A DNA stretch of 64,000 bases from Eledone cirrhosa (lineage: Eukaryota), in NCBI GenBank assembly GCA_964016885.1, contig OZ024740.1, forward strand, positions 165,354,001 through 165,418,000, given 5' to 3'. Each line of letters begins with the position of its first letter. Within the stretch, counting starts at the first letter, position 1. The notes under the pieces are model-generated. The model was not told the origin of the DNA. It searched no databases and saw only the letters and a list, made by a program, of their open reading frames with translations. Shown here piece by piece: positions 1 to 13,806 of the stretch. Position numbers and translations under genes: made by a program.

Positions 1-2290
1 TTGAATGAGAAACGGGGCAAGTGAGAAAGGGTCACTTACCTTGATCGTGTGGTGAAGGGACAGTAGAACCGTACCTTTCGCTGGTCATGGGTGTTTCCAA
101 GAGGATGTCAGTGTATATCCTCTTTGTAACCGACCCTCTGAAATCTCCAACTGCGTTGGGGAATTTTTGTTTTAAAGGTTTGTACTGTTCTATTGAGATT
201 TCAATCATGCTTATGTTTGTCGGGAGAGTTCTTGGTGTTGGTGGGGTATAGTAGTTTGTTTCTGTAATGTCTGTGTGCTGCTTTATATGTTGTATGAGTT
301 CTTTTTTTGCCATGTTTATGGCTGTGTACTTTTTGGGGGGAGGGGGGATTTTGTTGCTGTTTTCTTGTTGTTGCTGTTTGTTGTGTGTGTTTTGTTTTGT
401 TTGCGTTGTTGGTGTTTTTGGTGATGCTGGTGGTGGTGTGGTTGTTGTTGTCAGTGGTGCTTGTGGTGGTGTTGCTGCAAGTTTCCTTGCTGCCTTTACC
501 CCTCTTTGTATGCCTTCGCTTTTGGAGGGTGAATCTAAGGGTTTTTTTTGTTTTTTGTTTTTTGTGGCAGACCGTTTTCCACTTCATTCCTGCCTCAAAC
601 CCCATGTCGGATTCCGTGGTTTCTGGGATGGGTTTGTGCTCCACGCCTGTTGGTGGTGGTAGTGGATCCCTCTTCGGCAATTTTGTTGCTAGTGTAGCTA
701 CTTCAAATGTAGCTATTGGTGTTGCCGCCACTGATGCTGCTGCTTTAGTTGTCCGTGGCCTTGGTACGGGTGCCACGGACGTTGCCTTCCTACTCACCGT
801 GGAAGGGGCTTCTGCGTTTGTTGCCTGCCCTGCTCTTGGTAGCAGCGGACCACGTATTGGGAGGACAGGGGCCTTCTTCTTCGCTGTCTTCTGCGGGCAA
901 AAGGCCCTGAGGTGACTCTTCGACCCACAGAGATAACATTTTGGCCATCTTCCTTCTACGCTTATAGGGAGTTGGAGTCCTTCCTCGATGTCTATGATAT
1001 CGGGGATGGCGTCGATACATTCCTGGTCAGTTTGTATAAGCATTTGCATGCCTATACCTGACCAGTTCTCTCTCCCTATTTTCTCTACTTGCAGCATGGT
1101 CGTCCTGTTCTCGATTCCAGCAAGGACAGACGCGGCCAGCCAAGGTATGGGCACGTTGGGTGGGACATGGGTCACTTTGACCTTTACAATGTTCTGCCCG
1201 CAGTAGGAGGGCACCAAGACTATCTCCTCTCTCTTTAGGGTTTCCAAAGAGTGAGAATCTGCTTCCTGTGTGTGTGTATCTGGCGTACTTTCTGCCTCGG
1301 GTGATGTGGGTTTTGCGTACCCAGACGCACCCCAAGGCCTTTGGGATTTGAGCCGCCGTGGCTCTCTCCACCGGATGTGAGATTTTGCTTACGGTGTGGT
1401 AAGTCACCGTCCGTAGCGGCTGGTCCTTGAAAATATCGGGTGGAGATTTCAGGGAGACTCTATTGTTGCTTCTTGTCACCATGGCTCTTGCGACTGCCAT
1501 CTCCTCACCTGTGACTAACACTGTCTCGATATTTCGGGCGACACCTGCAAAAGCAGTGGTCCCTTTTCCCGCAGCACCACTATTGCTGCCGCTACTGGTC
1601 TTACTGGTGGTGCTGAGATCGCTGTTACAGGTATCGGTGTCATTGTTGTTGTTTTCGTTGGTACAGTTGTTGGTGTTGTTGTTGTTGTTGTTGTCGTTGA
1701 TACTGTTGCTGTTGTTACTGTTATTGTGGCTGTTATTATTATTGTTGTTTTTGTTGATACTGTTCCTACTATTATTGTTGTTGTGACTGTTGTTATTGTC
1801 ATTGTTATTGTCGTTCTCGACCTTACCGCTGTTATTTTTGTTATTGTCGTTCTCGACTTTACCGCTGTTATTTCTGTTGTTGTTATTGATAGTGTTGTTG
1901 TTGGTGTTGTTGTTGGTGTTATTGTTGGTGTTGTTTGTGTTAGAAATATTTGGTAATTTTAAATCTGTAACAATCTTCTTTTCCTTTGTAATATTTTCGT
2001 TTATATTTACCTCCGCCGGAACGCTGTCTTGTTGACATGCTGAGAAAGTCTCCCTCTCTCTGTGTTGCCTGACAGCGCTCTCTCTGTTTCTTGTGTTATC
2101 CATGTTGAAATTTAAAAAAAAAAAATACTTTTCCACAAATACGACACCCCGTAAAGGGGTGCCGTATTATTTACGAGTGAACCCCTTCTAAACTTTTATC
2201 AAATTTAAAACTTGAATAAAAGGTTTAGAACGGTTGAAAACGAAGTAAAACGTTGAGAAAAACTGGAGGCGATAAGAAGCATAGCTTCAC
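1..2290 (-). mobile_element. 5' part of an L1/Tx1-like non-LTR retrotransposon (5'UTR + ORF1), probably continuing past the window start
   Basis: Minus-strand ORF1 pieces with a CX2CX4HX4C zinc knuckle (CYLCGSKSHLRAFC); the 5' end abuts an (AAT)n run at about 2293-2318. Confidence 0.7.
32..2103 (-). pseudogene. Frameshifted gag-like ORF1 with Asn/Thr low-complexity tracts and a CCHC knuckle
   Basis: ATG at 2103 (MDNTRNRE); reading continues across ORFs 1027..2136, 201..1247 and 32..313, with apparent shifts near simple-sequence runs. Confidence 0.65.
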
Positions 2291-2318
2291 CAACAATAAT
2301 AATAATAATAATAATAAT

Positions 2319-2502
2319 TGTTTCTACTTTAGGAACAAGGCCAGCAATTACCCAATGCATTACTGGTACTTTATTTTATCGACCCCGTAAGAATGAAAGG
2401 CAAAGTCAACCTCAGCGGGATTTGAACTCGGATCGTAAAGGGACGTAACTATGCTGGAAAGCATGGCGTCCGACCCTCCACCGATACTGCCAATCCACCG
2501 CC
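2319..2502 (-). mobile_element. tRNA-derived SINE with a Deu/Nin-like central domain
   Basis: Head GGCGGTGGATTGGCAG (A-box-like), B-box GAGTTCAAATCC, GCCTTTCATTCTTACGGGGTCGATAAAATAAAGTACCAG; near-identical copies at 49993, 55269 and 62294. Confidence 0.85.
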
Positions 2503-2533
2503 TTTAATAATAATAATAATGATAATAATAATT

Positions 2534-3855
2534 GGTTTTGACAGAAATTGATATTGCTTGATTATAGATATAGCTTGCCCATATGGCACCAGAGTGCAAG
2601 AAAAGGGGAAAGAAAAATTAACAGGCACCAGGTTCTAAAGTGGAAACTGAAAAGGATTTGGGACTGTTATGGAGAACTCGTTCTATCTCGAAGAGTTTCC
2701 AAGGCATACCTACGGAAAATAGCAAGAACCCTCCAATACATTCTGAATATGTGACGCTGCATGTGGCAGCTTGATGTTCATTTCAGAAAATGTTCCGATT
2801 AAATAACTTCAATGACTCTGAAATCGTATTCATAATAATAATTGTTTCTACTTTTGGCACAAGGCCAGCAATAACCCCAGTGCATTACTGGTACTTTATT
2901 TTATCGACCCCGTAATGATGAAAGGCAAAGTTAACCTCGGCGGGATTTGAAGTCTAGTGTCTAATTTAGATACATGGCCAATAATTTTGGAGATTGGGTA
3001 AATCAATCTCAGTGCCTTATTGGTACATTATTTTATCGATCTTGTAAGGATAAAAGGCAAAATGATAATAATAACTGTTATAAATGCTCTCACAACCCCA
3101 ATTGTTACATATAGTTTCAACATTATAAATTGATAAATTGAAATATTAAGGAAATAAAGAAAATGGACAATGAAATCAAAAGAATTCTGACCTGCAATAA
3201 ACTACATTACCCAAAAGCAAATTTTGATCGCCTCTATCTTACTAAATAAAGTGGAGGTAGAGGAATGACACAGTTTGTGTTGTCATGCAAAACATACACT
3301 ATTGGACTCGAATAATACCTTAAAACTACAGATGATGGGTACTGATTATTGTTGCAGAGCATGAAAGGAAGAAGAGTTACCATTCACTCATGAAGTAAAG
3401 TAGGAAGTTTGTGGAAAAATTGGGAAAACATGTTGAAAATGGCGATTCTGCAATTAAGGCTGCAAAGAACATCAAAATGTGGGCGAAAAATAAAGGTCAA
3501 GAGAAAATGTGCGCTAGATATATACAAAAACCACTGCATGGTCAGTATGTTCTCGGTAACACATGTAGATCAAATTCTGTCTCAACTGTGGCTGCAGATT
3601 TCTGGACTAAAATCAGATAGTGATGGCGTCATTTTGGCTGCACAAGATCAATCTCCTTCAATGCATAATTGTCAAGCCAATATGATCAGAATTATAACTG
3701 ACGCAGTGTAAATTTTGCGATTACCTAATTGAAACCATTGACAACCTGGTTTCAGACTGCAAAGTATCAACACTCTAGGAGTTGGGTAGTATGCAGATTT
3801 TATGACATGAAAACAGAAGGAATATGGTACAACAACCACCTAGATGCTGTAACAG
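2534..3855 (+). mobile_element. Degenerate R4/Dong-like (restriction-like endonuclease) non-LTR fragments interrupted by SINE pieces
   Basis: Translated pieces DRLYL..SGGRG, LHGQY, SGLKSDSDGVILAAQDQS, ETIDNLVSDC and C-terminal IARTLQYILNM*; SINE remnants at about 2842-3062. Confidence 0.6.
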
Positions 3856-3857
3856 GA

Positions 3858-4375
3858 TCGGCTGGCAGTTTTATTCTATCGGGTGGGAGTAACGAAAGTG
3901 GTTGTGTGGTGGACCAGGTTGAAATAACTGAAGACAGACATTTTCATCTGCGGCCAATCCCTCCTCAACTTCTTCAAGTTTCACTTGGAAAGGAAGTTTA
4001 AGGTAGAGAGAGAAGTGTTGCCATCCCACCCCACCGCACCCTAGTATGTTTGCTAAAAGATGGGTGAATGTGTCGAGAATTGGCTGTGTGAATGAGCCTA
4101 CTCTCAGCATGCACTCTTTGGTTGATTGATTTGAGGAGGAGAGGGTTTTTTCTTCCCGGGTACTCTCGAATAGTCGGGTGGTTCAGCATTGGTGTGGTAT
4201 CTGAGTTACCCCTGGCTGGTATTCCCCGCCTGTTCGAGAATTTATTTTGTTGTAATTTTATTGTTCTTTTGTACTCGATGTACACGATTTTATTGTAAAC
4301 CCTTTCTGTCCCTCTCATTGTTTTGTCTCCTGTTTGTAGGACTTAGTGGCAAATAAAGAATTTTTTTATTATTAT
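3858..4375 (+). mobile_element. 3' end of an L1/Tx1-like ORF2 plus 3'UTR
   Basis: VVWWTRLK*LKTDIFICGQSLLNFFKFHLERKFKVEREVL..KRWVNV; homologous to the minus-strand fragment at about 45810-46227; AATAAA then a TTA-rich tail. Confidence 0.65.
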
Positions 4376-4546
4376 CATTTTGTTCATTTATTTATTTTAT
4401 TTAAAAGGATTTTAGAATATATTCACAAGTCAAATAATTTTTTAAAGGATTATCACATCATAAAAATCACAAAAATATAGTGAATGTGCTTAAGTCAAGA
4501 AACAAATATGTCTCTATAAAAATACCACAATACTTTCTAAGATATA

Positions 4547-4623
<77 letters not shown>

Positions 4624-6198
4624 CATCTAAAAAGATTCGACATTTCTTTTTAAATCAGTCTGGCGATAATGGAGTGTTTTCTAAAATACATTGCCAATAA
4701 TAATGCTTTTAAAATGACACCTGACATCAACAAAAATATATTAAGTGCTTCAAATCGATTAGCTTATGATACAAGCAATTCGATGTATTTTTTTATCGTT
4801 TGTTTGTTTCTCTCCACTACTAAACATTTTGACAGAACTTATGCTATCGTCTATAATACACTTCGTCACTCATTCATAAAATATATTTATGAGATATAGT
4901 GACGAGGGTATGAGTCTCCCAAATACTTTTTTCTTTCGACTAGTGACAAGGTGAATTATTTCAGTGGGTATGATGATATTATTAGTTTAATCGAAACCAG
5001 TGTAGTGTACTTATCTTGTGTTTTTATTTGGCCCTAGGTCAATCTTAGACGAACTGTCCTATAATCAGAATGTTTTCCAATCGTTACTATCCGGTCAGTC
5101 TGTATATAAGGAACTATATTGTCCAATATATCTTTCTTTGTCCAATTTATGTTTAGAAGTAGCAATATATGATTTGCTAAATTTGTTTGCTACTTATAGA
5201 GGTCGATTGATAAAATATTTGCCCGACAGGAATATATTTGATCATCATTGATGGAATGAAAGAAAAAAGTTGATACCGGATTAATTTGAATTGCTGGCTG
5301 ATTCATTGATATTATCCAGTTATTTCTTTTTCAGACGTACTTGCCTCCTTTCCCCCAGAACTGTCATTTAATGAATGGTATTGGTTAATTTATCAAATCT
5401 GGTGCAATCACGTGACAAGATCTGGTGGATTTACCAAGTCCATCCTCCAAGTAACAGTTCAGGGAGAAAGAAGACAAAGATGTCTTATGAAGAAATTGGC
5501 GGTAGCATGAAGGAATAGTCTGGTAAGGACTTCGCAAAAATAAAGTCCAGGGTCACAACAGAGATGGATGAAGGGATATAAAAGACTACGCCACCTGCTG
5601 CGCCCCTAGATCCTGGAGGCTTATGGTGAAATTGATGGAAGGTGAAAATACACGAGACTATTTTCATGATTCTGTCAACAGTCCGATCTTTATGTATTTC
5701 CAAATATTCCCAAGTTTTTATTTCTTTTTAAATAATCTAATTGCTATCGAGTAGCGCTGTTGCTGCAAATAATAGAATAAGCTATTTCACTTCACTCATA
5801 CAGATTTTGCCTTAGAACGTGTCCTCGTAAAGAAATGTCCCGCTAATCTGACACACATTACATCAATGACTTTCCTAAAACCCGTTAAAATCATGTGAAA
5901 AATTAAAAAAATAATATTGATTAGTTTAGAATATTGAAAATAAATTATGATCGAAGTCTTTTGAAAGAAACTTCATCTACTCAATTTCGCTGACAAAGCT
6001 TGAGTCGACAAAAATTATGTTAAAAAAACACATGCCCAGTAGATTAAGCAGTAAGAGCAAAACCAAGACCCAGGGATTAGGAAGCGAACTTCTTAAACAT
6101 TCAACTATTCTGCGTTTATTGCTACACAAGTATCTCTACTGATCCTGCTTTCATTGCATAGAAATATTATCGCATAAATCTTACATATTTTATTATTC

Positions 6199-6520
6199 TT
6201 TTACTTTCAGCCATTAGATTGCGGCCATTTTGGAGTACTGCTTTGAAGAAATTTTGATCAGTCATATGAACCCCAGCACTTATTTTATCGATTTATTTTT
6301 GTTGAACTGCTATATATAGGCATAAATACAGACAAAGACACACGTAAACACAAACATACACATGCAATTTGAAGCAATCAAATTCCACCCCGACGCATTG
6401 ATCAAACAGATGCTGTTGTATAAGAGTAGAAGACACTTATCTACAGAGCCGCGTAAGAAGACTGCACCCAGAACCACGTGTTTGTGAAGGAAACTATTTG
6501 ATCATACAGCGGGACTGAGC
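6199..6520 (-). mobile_element. Degenerate octopus OR/OK-like SINE
   Basis: TTTCAGCCATTAGATTGCGGCCATTTTGGAGTACTGC tail and AGAAGACACTT..CCCAGAACCACGTG head; the tail is shared with 17758-17820. Confidence 0.5.
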
Positions 6521-7525
6521 CTATGATTCCGTCCCTCGATCCTTTTTCTTTTATTGTTTCGTTCTAAACTGATTAAATCTATCCTACAAGCAATGTTACA
6601 GCTAGACCACACATTTTAAAGTAAGGAGTGAGTGCGCGCGTGTGTATATTTGTGTATGAAGTGTCGGTGGTGGTGGAAGTGTTCTTGGAGGTGTTTATGA
6701 GTGCGCATGCTCGTTTAAGTGCGTATACCCTGAAAGTGGAATTGGAGGTGAATTGGCAAGTAATAAGTTGATTTGTCTTTCATGGTTTGCATTTTTCTAG
6801 CTATGCATGTATGTCTATTTATCTATACCTAACTCTTATATACAAACGCACGCACTCAGACGTACACATACATACATACATACAAATACATACGCATGCA
6901 CACATATACACAGCACCCCACCCCCGTATATATATATATATATATATAATTGCGTGTGTCAATTCCCGAATTTGATACATGTATATCAAGCAACGGAAAC
7001 TAATGACTATTATTACTGGTCAATTCAAAATTCCTCGCAGTGATAAGACATGAACTTACAACTGTAATCGTCCATATATATATATATATGTGTAAGTTGC
7101 TTATGTATGTGCGTACATGTCGGTGAAAAATGTATGTGTTTAATGTAGCCAGATTTTTATCAATGTTCCTCCCTCAATCATGCAATTTCAGATCCCTGCC
7201 TAGAATTCTTAAATAGGCTTTTCATTCAACAGTGAAATAACAGCAAATAAGAATACCCCACTACCACCCCCACACACATTTTTCCATTGAATATCCGATT
7301 ATAGTTCATGCGAACTTTTATTTAAAGGACCAAGTTTTATCCATCAATACCTCAACACTCTCACGTTAATACCACCGTTACTAGGAGCTTTCATTAGCAC
7401 CACTAGTATCACTGCACCTGCAATGAGATTTTCAACAAGATAACTATTTTTTTCTAATATATTAGAAAATACACACTATATCATGACGTCTCTTACTTAT
7501 GCATCCATATAGCATGCGTATCTAC

Positions 7526-7573
<48 letters not shown>

Positions 7574-7659
7574 ATAAATATATATAAATACAATATCGGA
7601 GAAAGTTTTTTAGCGATACTCCGGCCAAATTCCAACTCACTCAACAAACATTAGGAAAT

Positions 7660-7900
7660 AAGTGATTATATTCCCAATTATGTGTTCGGGGTGCTAACTA
7701 AAAGTATTGCGTGGAAAATTGGCTGTATTATTTCAAATGAGACATATCTAATATATCTCTTCCCAGACGGACGTCTCGTTTCATTATAGGACTCCTACAA
7801 TTTGGGTGAAATTATACCTGTTTATGTAGGAGCTTGTATACCATCAATAGATATATATTCAAGTGGGCTCCTATAATTCATCAGTGGGTGCCCCAATAAT
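7660..7900 (-). mobile_element. Highly decayed Penelope-like fragment
   Basis: Reverse-complement similarity to about 37040-37260; both resemble the W..PPY/HKY.KIF..N PLE linker seen intact at 16190-16340. Confidence 0.35.
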
Positions 7901-8331
7901 ACTAATATTGATAATGTAACCAACATCAGCATTTAGCGATAATCACTTTCTGTGCCTGAGGTATCTGTCAGGTAGCCAGTCCAGCAGTTCTGAAAGAAGT
8001 GCTCGAACTGATTCACAAAATGAGGAAGTGAATTACCGCCAAAAAACAATACATGCGCGTGACAATGAACTCTGAAAGGAATTCAGGCCACATGCTAAGA
8101 ACTCAATTGGAAATTGAAAAAAATATCTATGTGTGTACACCATTTGATGACACACACAGATATTTTCTCGGGCAAAATAACAGAATGAGATATAAGGAAC
8201 AATCAATATTCATATATAAAAATAAACAAAGAAATGCTGACCTTATACCGGGAATTTTTTCAAATCTGCTACCCCAAGAGTAAGAATATATATATATTTA
8301 CATATATATATTTACATATATATATATATAA

Positions 8332-8375
<44 letters not shown>

Positions 8376-8385
8376 TAAAACATAT

Positions 8386-9060
8386 CTTTAGAATCACTAG
8401 ATATAGTATATACCATTTCCTCTCCCAATTAGTATAATTAACCATATAAAAAAAATCAATTAGACCAAGCTATAAGAATAAAGGCTCCTATGAAGAAATA
8501 TCCGACAAATAACCGAAAGCAGCCTCTTCGCGGTGGCTACGATGGAGTATTTATCCAACATTTCAACAGCATCTAGAAATCGACCAGATATACAGTCAAC
8601 TAAACACAATTAGGTGTAAATTCAAACTTAGAAGAAATACGTACATACCTAATTACCTAAACCATAGTTTCGTCCGCATTTTAAGACATCCGATAACAAG
8701 GAATGTTTAGAGCTTCGGACTCATCAGAAGCGAACCAAAGTGATCGCGCCAAAAATACATTAAAAAATGGCTAAGAATCGTGATGTGGCAGCGGTAAAGT
8801 TAGAAAGGATGTGATTAGTTGCTTACGGCGGGTAGGCTTATTGCTAGAAAGCGCAGCCCAATATCGCCAAGTTGTATCTCAACCTAACGGGAGATTATTA
8901 CATATAAAGGTTTACATATATATAGGCTGCTTTCGGTTATTTGTCGGAAATTCTTCATAGGAGCCTTTATTCTTATAGCTTGGTCTAATTGATTTTTTAT
9001 ATGGTTAATTATGCTAATTGGGAGAGCAAATGGTATATACTATATCTAGTGATTCTAAAG
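8386..9060. repeat. Inverted repeat (about 140 bp arms, 8386-8525 and 8924-9060), probable PLE terminal-repeat remnant
   Basis: Arms are near-perfect reverse complements; flanked by (TA)n; internal HHR-like core on the minus strand. Confidence 0.8.
8667..8727 (-). ncRNA. Hammerhead-like core (partial)
   Basis: CTGATGA-GTCCG..CGGAC-GAAAC; helices I and III not convincingly identified. Confidence 0.45.
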
Positions 9061-9188
9061 ACCTATTTTATTATATATAGCTCTGATTATTTAATTTATT
9101 AATTCTTCATTGAGCCACAACGTGACCTGTTGCAAAACACATATATATCTATGACTTTATATATATATAAACCTTTATATATATATAT

Positions 9189-9226
<38 letters not shown>

Positions 9227-9234
<8 letters not shown>

Positions 9235-9545
9235 GTGAGGTTTTTTTTACAAAATGAAAAATAACCGAGGTGTCCTACACGAGTGGAAGTATAAAGAAAA
9301 AGAGATGAAATCGAAAATGCAACTGAAGTCTTATTTTTTTTTTAAATATATATATTTATTTGGTTCCTTTACCGGTTTCGCAGTTCTTCTGCTTTTCAAA
9401 AGGTGAGTTGAGATGGAGGGTCTGTGGTTTTTCTCACAGATGTGAGAAAAACCACAGACCGGTAAAGGAACCAAATAAATATATATATTTTAAAAAAAAA
9501 TAAGACTTCAGTTGCATTTTCGATTTCATCTCTTTTTCTTTATAT
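9227..9545. repeat. Fold-back copy of the Neptune-like PLE terminal repeat
   Basis: 9227-9437 is the reverse complement of 33834-34040; it turns at about 9439 and reads forward with a deletion at ACC microhomology. Confidence 0.85.
9366..9403 (-). ncRNA. Minimal type I hammerhead ribozyme, U3-A8 variant
   Basis: CCTT-TTGAAAA-GCAG aagaa CTGC-GAAA-CCGG-TA-AAGG; identical to 47887-47924. Confidence 0.7.
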
Positions 9546-9619
9546 ATATATATATCAGTTTGGATCTAGTTGTTGAAACGGCCGGAGGTCAGCCGTCGGG
9601 GTCCTGACTCTTTTACTAT

Positions 9620-9712
<93 letters not shown>

Positions 9713-9714
<2 letters not shown>

Positions 9715-10328
9715 GGTTCAATAATTTTGCGATCCCACTACAACGTGGATTTTTCTTTGGAACGTATCTAATTTCCTGCCGCGGTAATCCTCGCTACATC
9801 GTGGATTTTTCGTTAGAACATATCTATTTTCTTATCGCGGTAAGTACGTCTGATTAAAAAGTGTTTAAATTTTAAACTTATTAAATAACTTTCAATGTGA
9901 TTGAAGTGTGTAGTGCAAGGAAGTGGCATCTTAAGTCCTTAACTATGAAAAATGTTTTTATTTGTTCATTCCATTACTGTCTTACTGATTGTGCTTTTCT
10001 GTAATCTACTACAAACCCTTCATAGATTGACGGGAGATGTGAAGTGTATTACCAAATGGCTGCCGTGGCTGGTAATGGTCCTCATTGGTAATTAGGGGTA
10101 CGATGGTTGGTGGTAGTTTCTACATGATCGTTACTGGCTGTTTTGGGTGTTTAAATACAAAAGAGTGTTTTAAAGAGTTTATATGTACTTAAAACATTTA
10201 GGAGAGGTTATTTTAAGGCTTAAACTATGAAAGCAACGGTTATTTTTATGGTCTCTCTATATCGTGGATTTTCATTTATCACGGTTGGTTCTGGAACGTA
10301 TCCACCGTGATAAACGGGGAAATACTGT
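9713..10328. mobile_element. pogo/Tigger-like non-autonomous DNA element (left end eroded)
   Basis: Right end CGTGATAAACGGGGAAATACTG|TA; repeated CGTGGATTTT..GGAACGTATC subterminal motifs. Confidence 0.45.
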
Positions 10329-10338
10329 ATATGCATAT

Positions 10339-10500
10339 AAAGCGAATTGACAGAGTCATTAAGACGTCAGATAGAATGCTTTGCGACATCGTCCTACCCC
10401 ATTGCGCACTCTGAGTTCAAATCCCACCGTGGTCAACTTTGCCTTTCATCCTTTCGAGGTCGATATAAAAGTACCGCCCAGTCCAGTACTGGGGACGATT
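10339..10500 (+). mobile_element. Deu/Nin-like SINE, older copy
   Basis: GAGTTCAAATCC and GCCTTTCATCCTTTCGAGGTCGAT. Confidence 0.7.
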
Positions 10501-11997
10501 CTTCCTCTATAGAAAACATCGCCTGTCCTGGACACGCCTTACGATGATGTCTCTATAACACCTACATATATATATATATATGTGTTTGTGTGTGCGCGAT
10601 TATAATGGAGTATTTTAATATTACATTTGGCAAGGCGAGGAAAGCTCAATGCGCACTTAAGTCTACCGCACATTAGGGATTCAAAACAATTGAAGTACTC
10701 TTCAGAAGGTTAAAGTTCTTGCTGTTGAGGACAGTGTGTGTAAGCAGAGCAAAATTATTTAAAATTAAATCCAATCCCTTTTGATAATTTCTTATGATAT
10801 GCGAATGTTTATGTATCGTGTATTTTGTGAATAATTGATAATTAACCATTTCTGATCGATTATATGCATATACGATTATCATCTGTATAGAAACGATCGT
10901 AGATAATCAAAAAATATATTTACTTTCATAAATTTCGTTATCTTCATTTTAAATATATATGTATATATGGGTGTGTTTTTGAATGTGTTTGTGTGTGTAT
11001 GTACGACTGTGCGTGAAAGCGTGCGTGGTTTTTTATTCCATGATATATATTTTTTTTACGTTCTACTCACATAGACCTAGTCATAACATTGATTAATTTA
11101 ATCAATTTTGAGTTTCATATTGAATATTTTCAACGATAAATATTTCGTATTTAGATTAAATTATATAGCTGTTATCTACTTCTAGCGCGAATAAGTTAGT
11201 GGGATTCTTTACTATCTATATCTTACCCAGTCGAGCAATTCAGGGGTTTACAAGTAAGCTAATAATCATTAACGTGCTCTTTCCTTCTAGGCCTCTCCTA
11301 CCACTCCGACAAAGATTTCGATTCCTGGAGGCTTGCTGCTCTCAAACCACGTCCATTTCATATGACTCATCCTCTCATCACCCAAGTCATAGCCTAATCC
11401 TTACATCAAATACTTTCTGTTTCACACAGCTTCTTTCTGGAAACCACTTCCTGTTCATGTATTTCTAAAAGAGGCCCTATTGCAACGTTTGAAGTGGAAT
11501 ATTAACAACATCTATCCGGTCACGAAGGGCCACTTGAAACACTATTTACTGACCTAGTCTTATAGACCTGTCGAATAATTAAGAAGACATTCTCAAGAAG
11601 ACAATTATGTGTCTACATATATAATACATATATAATACATTCGTCCTTACTTCTCCTCTCCTCTTCTGTTGTTTGTTTTGTGTCGACACGTTTTGTATTG
11701 AATTCGAAACATAAAATGATGTATCGAATTTAAGGGAGCATATAAGCTGGTTCTACAGAACAATGAATATTTTCAAAGGGGTAGGATATATTCAATTTAA
11801 GTATAAGTATAACTACACTTTGTTTAATTCGTAAACAAACATACCTTCTTTTGTACAGAGGGAGTAGTCGTAAATCTTAACATTTCATTGTTTTTGCAGT
11901 GAGGTTTCTAATTCTAAAAGCTAATATTATATATGTGTGTGTGTGTGTGTGTGTGTGACTGGTGGGTATATTTTGAAACCGCGAGCGAGTTTGAAAA

Positions 11998-12182
11998 TAG
12001 AAATAGAAGCTTTCGCCGTATTTTTTACTAAAGAAATTTTAGACTGATAGTGGGGTTCGGAAACCCCTAAAAATGGAAAAAGTATGTCAATACTTATCTT
12101 TCTCCATTTGTTAGTGGGTTCTAAACCCTACTATCAGTCTAAGATTCTTTTAGTCAAAAGTATGGCGAAAGCTTCTATTTCT
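11998..12182. repeat. Imperfect fold-back element, same family as 18497-18732
   Basis: Arms share TCGCCGTATTTT..CTGATAGTGGGGTT and its complement; the turn is at GTC|AATAC. Confidence 0.7.
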
Positions 12183-12197
12183 CTCTCTCTCTCTCTC

Positions 12198-12302
<105 letters not shown>

Positions 12303-12378
12303 CGAAGGAAATGTGGTAAGGAACCAAGTGGACCATAACGCACCAAAGTACTCAATACTTAGGGTAGTAGAGTGGGTA

Positions 12379-12489
12379 ATAGGAACAAGTAAGACCCCGA
12401 CGGCTGAGCTCAAGCCGTTTCGACGGCTAATTCTGAATTAGCCGTCGAAACGGCTTGAGCTCAGCCGTCGGGGTCTTACTTGTTCCTAT
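12379..12489. repeat. Perfect palindrome (55 bp arms, 1 nt spacer at 12434) containing an HHR 3' half
   Basis: GAAACGGC ttgagctca GCCGTC GGGGTC; family also at about 9555-9618 and 36600-36760. Confidence 0.85.
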
Positions 12490-12919
12490 ATATATATATA
12501 TATATATATACAACCACAAAGGTATTAAGGGAATTATACTTCTTTCATTAAAAAAAACATATTTATTCTTTTACAATTGTTTCGAATGAGATATGATCTC
12601 CATTTATTCGAAGTTTTGGTAAAATTAGTTACTTATAGATATATTAATCTATAAATTTTGATATATGTCTGCTGACGGAAAAAGATAGTATGAGGGGAAT
12701 TTTGTTGCTGAAGTATTTGACTTAGTTTTCGCTGAGATGATGCATCTTAAGTATACAGTGTATTTCGATAGAACAATTATTTTCTGGGATTTGTATTTCC
12801 CCGCTGCAGGCGATACCATAGGATACACCGAGAAATGCACATAGTCACGTTGGTATGTTATTGTCTCTTAAATGTATTCAAACTCACATTCATCCAAGTA
12901 TATTCATACACCCATATAC

Positions 12920-13440
12920 TCATAATTGTGGAAACATAAATACACTAGTGTTCAAAAGATAACTTCTGTATTTATATTGATTAATTTGTGGTATTTGTGG
13001 TCATATGGGAAATTACTATCTAGAACATTAAATAATATTTTAGGTATATTAGAGGCTACATTTAACGACAAGGAAATTCCTCACCATAAATACCATAAAT
13101 CAATCAATAAAAATATGGTCAAGTTATCTTTTTCTAGCACCCTTAACTAAGCAGATTATATTACATTCAGCAACCACTAAAAGCTCTTCAAGCATAAATC
13201 ATCTTCTGGCAATTCACCTAATACCAACACATATCTAATATTTCGAATGTAAGTACAGCGAACAGGCGTAGAGATACCAGGGTAAACACGTTAAACGTTC
13301 CAGTAGATAACCACCCTTTTATCCAATGTTGACTGTAACTGTAGGGTTCCTAATAATTGTCCTCTTGGCGGATTATGCCTAACTAGCAATGTAGTATATG
13401 AATACACTGTAAACACCCAGCACTTTAATGTTCTGTCCTA
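12920..13440 (+). mobile_element. Naiad-like Penelope fragment (linker region)
   Basis: HHKYHKSINKNMVKLSFSSTLN and CNCRVPNNCPLGGLCLTSNVVY; a minus-strand HHR 3' half (GAAACAATTGTA) lies upstream at about 12572-12583. Confidence 0.7.
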
Positions 13441-13459
13441 CACCACCATGTGAACGCGA

Positions 13460-13507
<48 letters not shown>

Positions 13508-13513
<6 letters not shown>

Positions 13514-13806
13514 GTTAAAGTGTACATCTACATATGTATACGGAAGTATTAGTATGCATATAAATACACACATGTATACATATGTACATGTACTGAGTTT
13601 TTCACTAGACACTTTACAGTGAGTGTCAGCTAGTCTGTATGTAACCACACAGACGGTCCGTCTGTGTGGTTACATACAGACTAGCTGACACTCACTGTAA
13701 AGTGTCTAGTGAAAAACTCAGTACATGTACATATGTATACATGTGTGTATTTATATGCATACTAATACTTCCGTATACATATGTAGATGTACACTTTAAC
13801 TTAATT
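13508..13806. repeat. Perfect palindrome, 149 bp arms, 1 nt spacer (13657)
   Basis: Arms compared by eye with no mismatch found; the element sits between (TA)n runs. Confidence 0.9.

Noticed and set aside
267-2035. Plus-strand hydrophobic ORFs resembling membrane proteins
   Set aside because: Antisense readings of the AAC/AAT-rich ORF1
2319-2502. tRNA gene suggested by A/B boxes
   Set aside because: No cloverleaf; it is the head of a multi-copy SINE
4640-5740. Possible decayed LTR-retroelement integrase sequence
   Set aside because: Only a faint QTD-like match amid stops; not supportable
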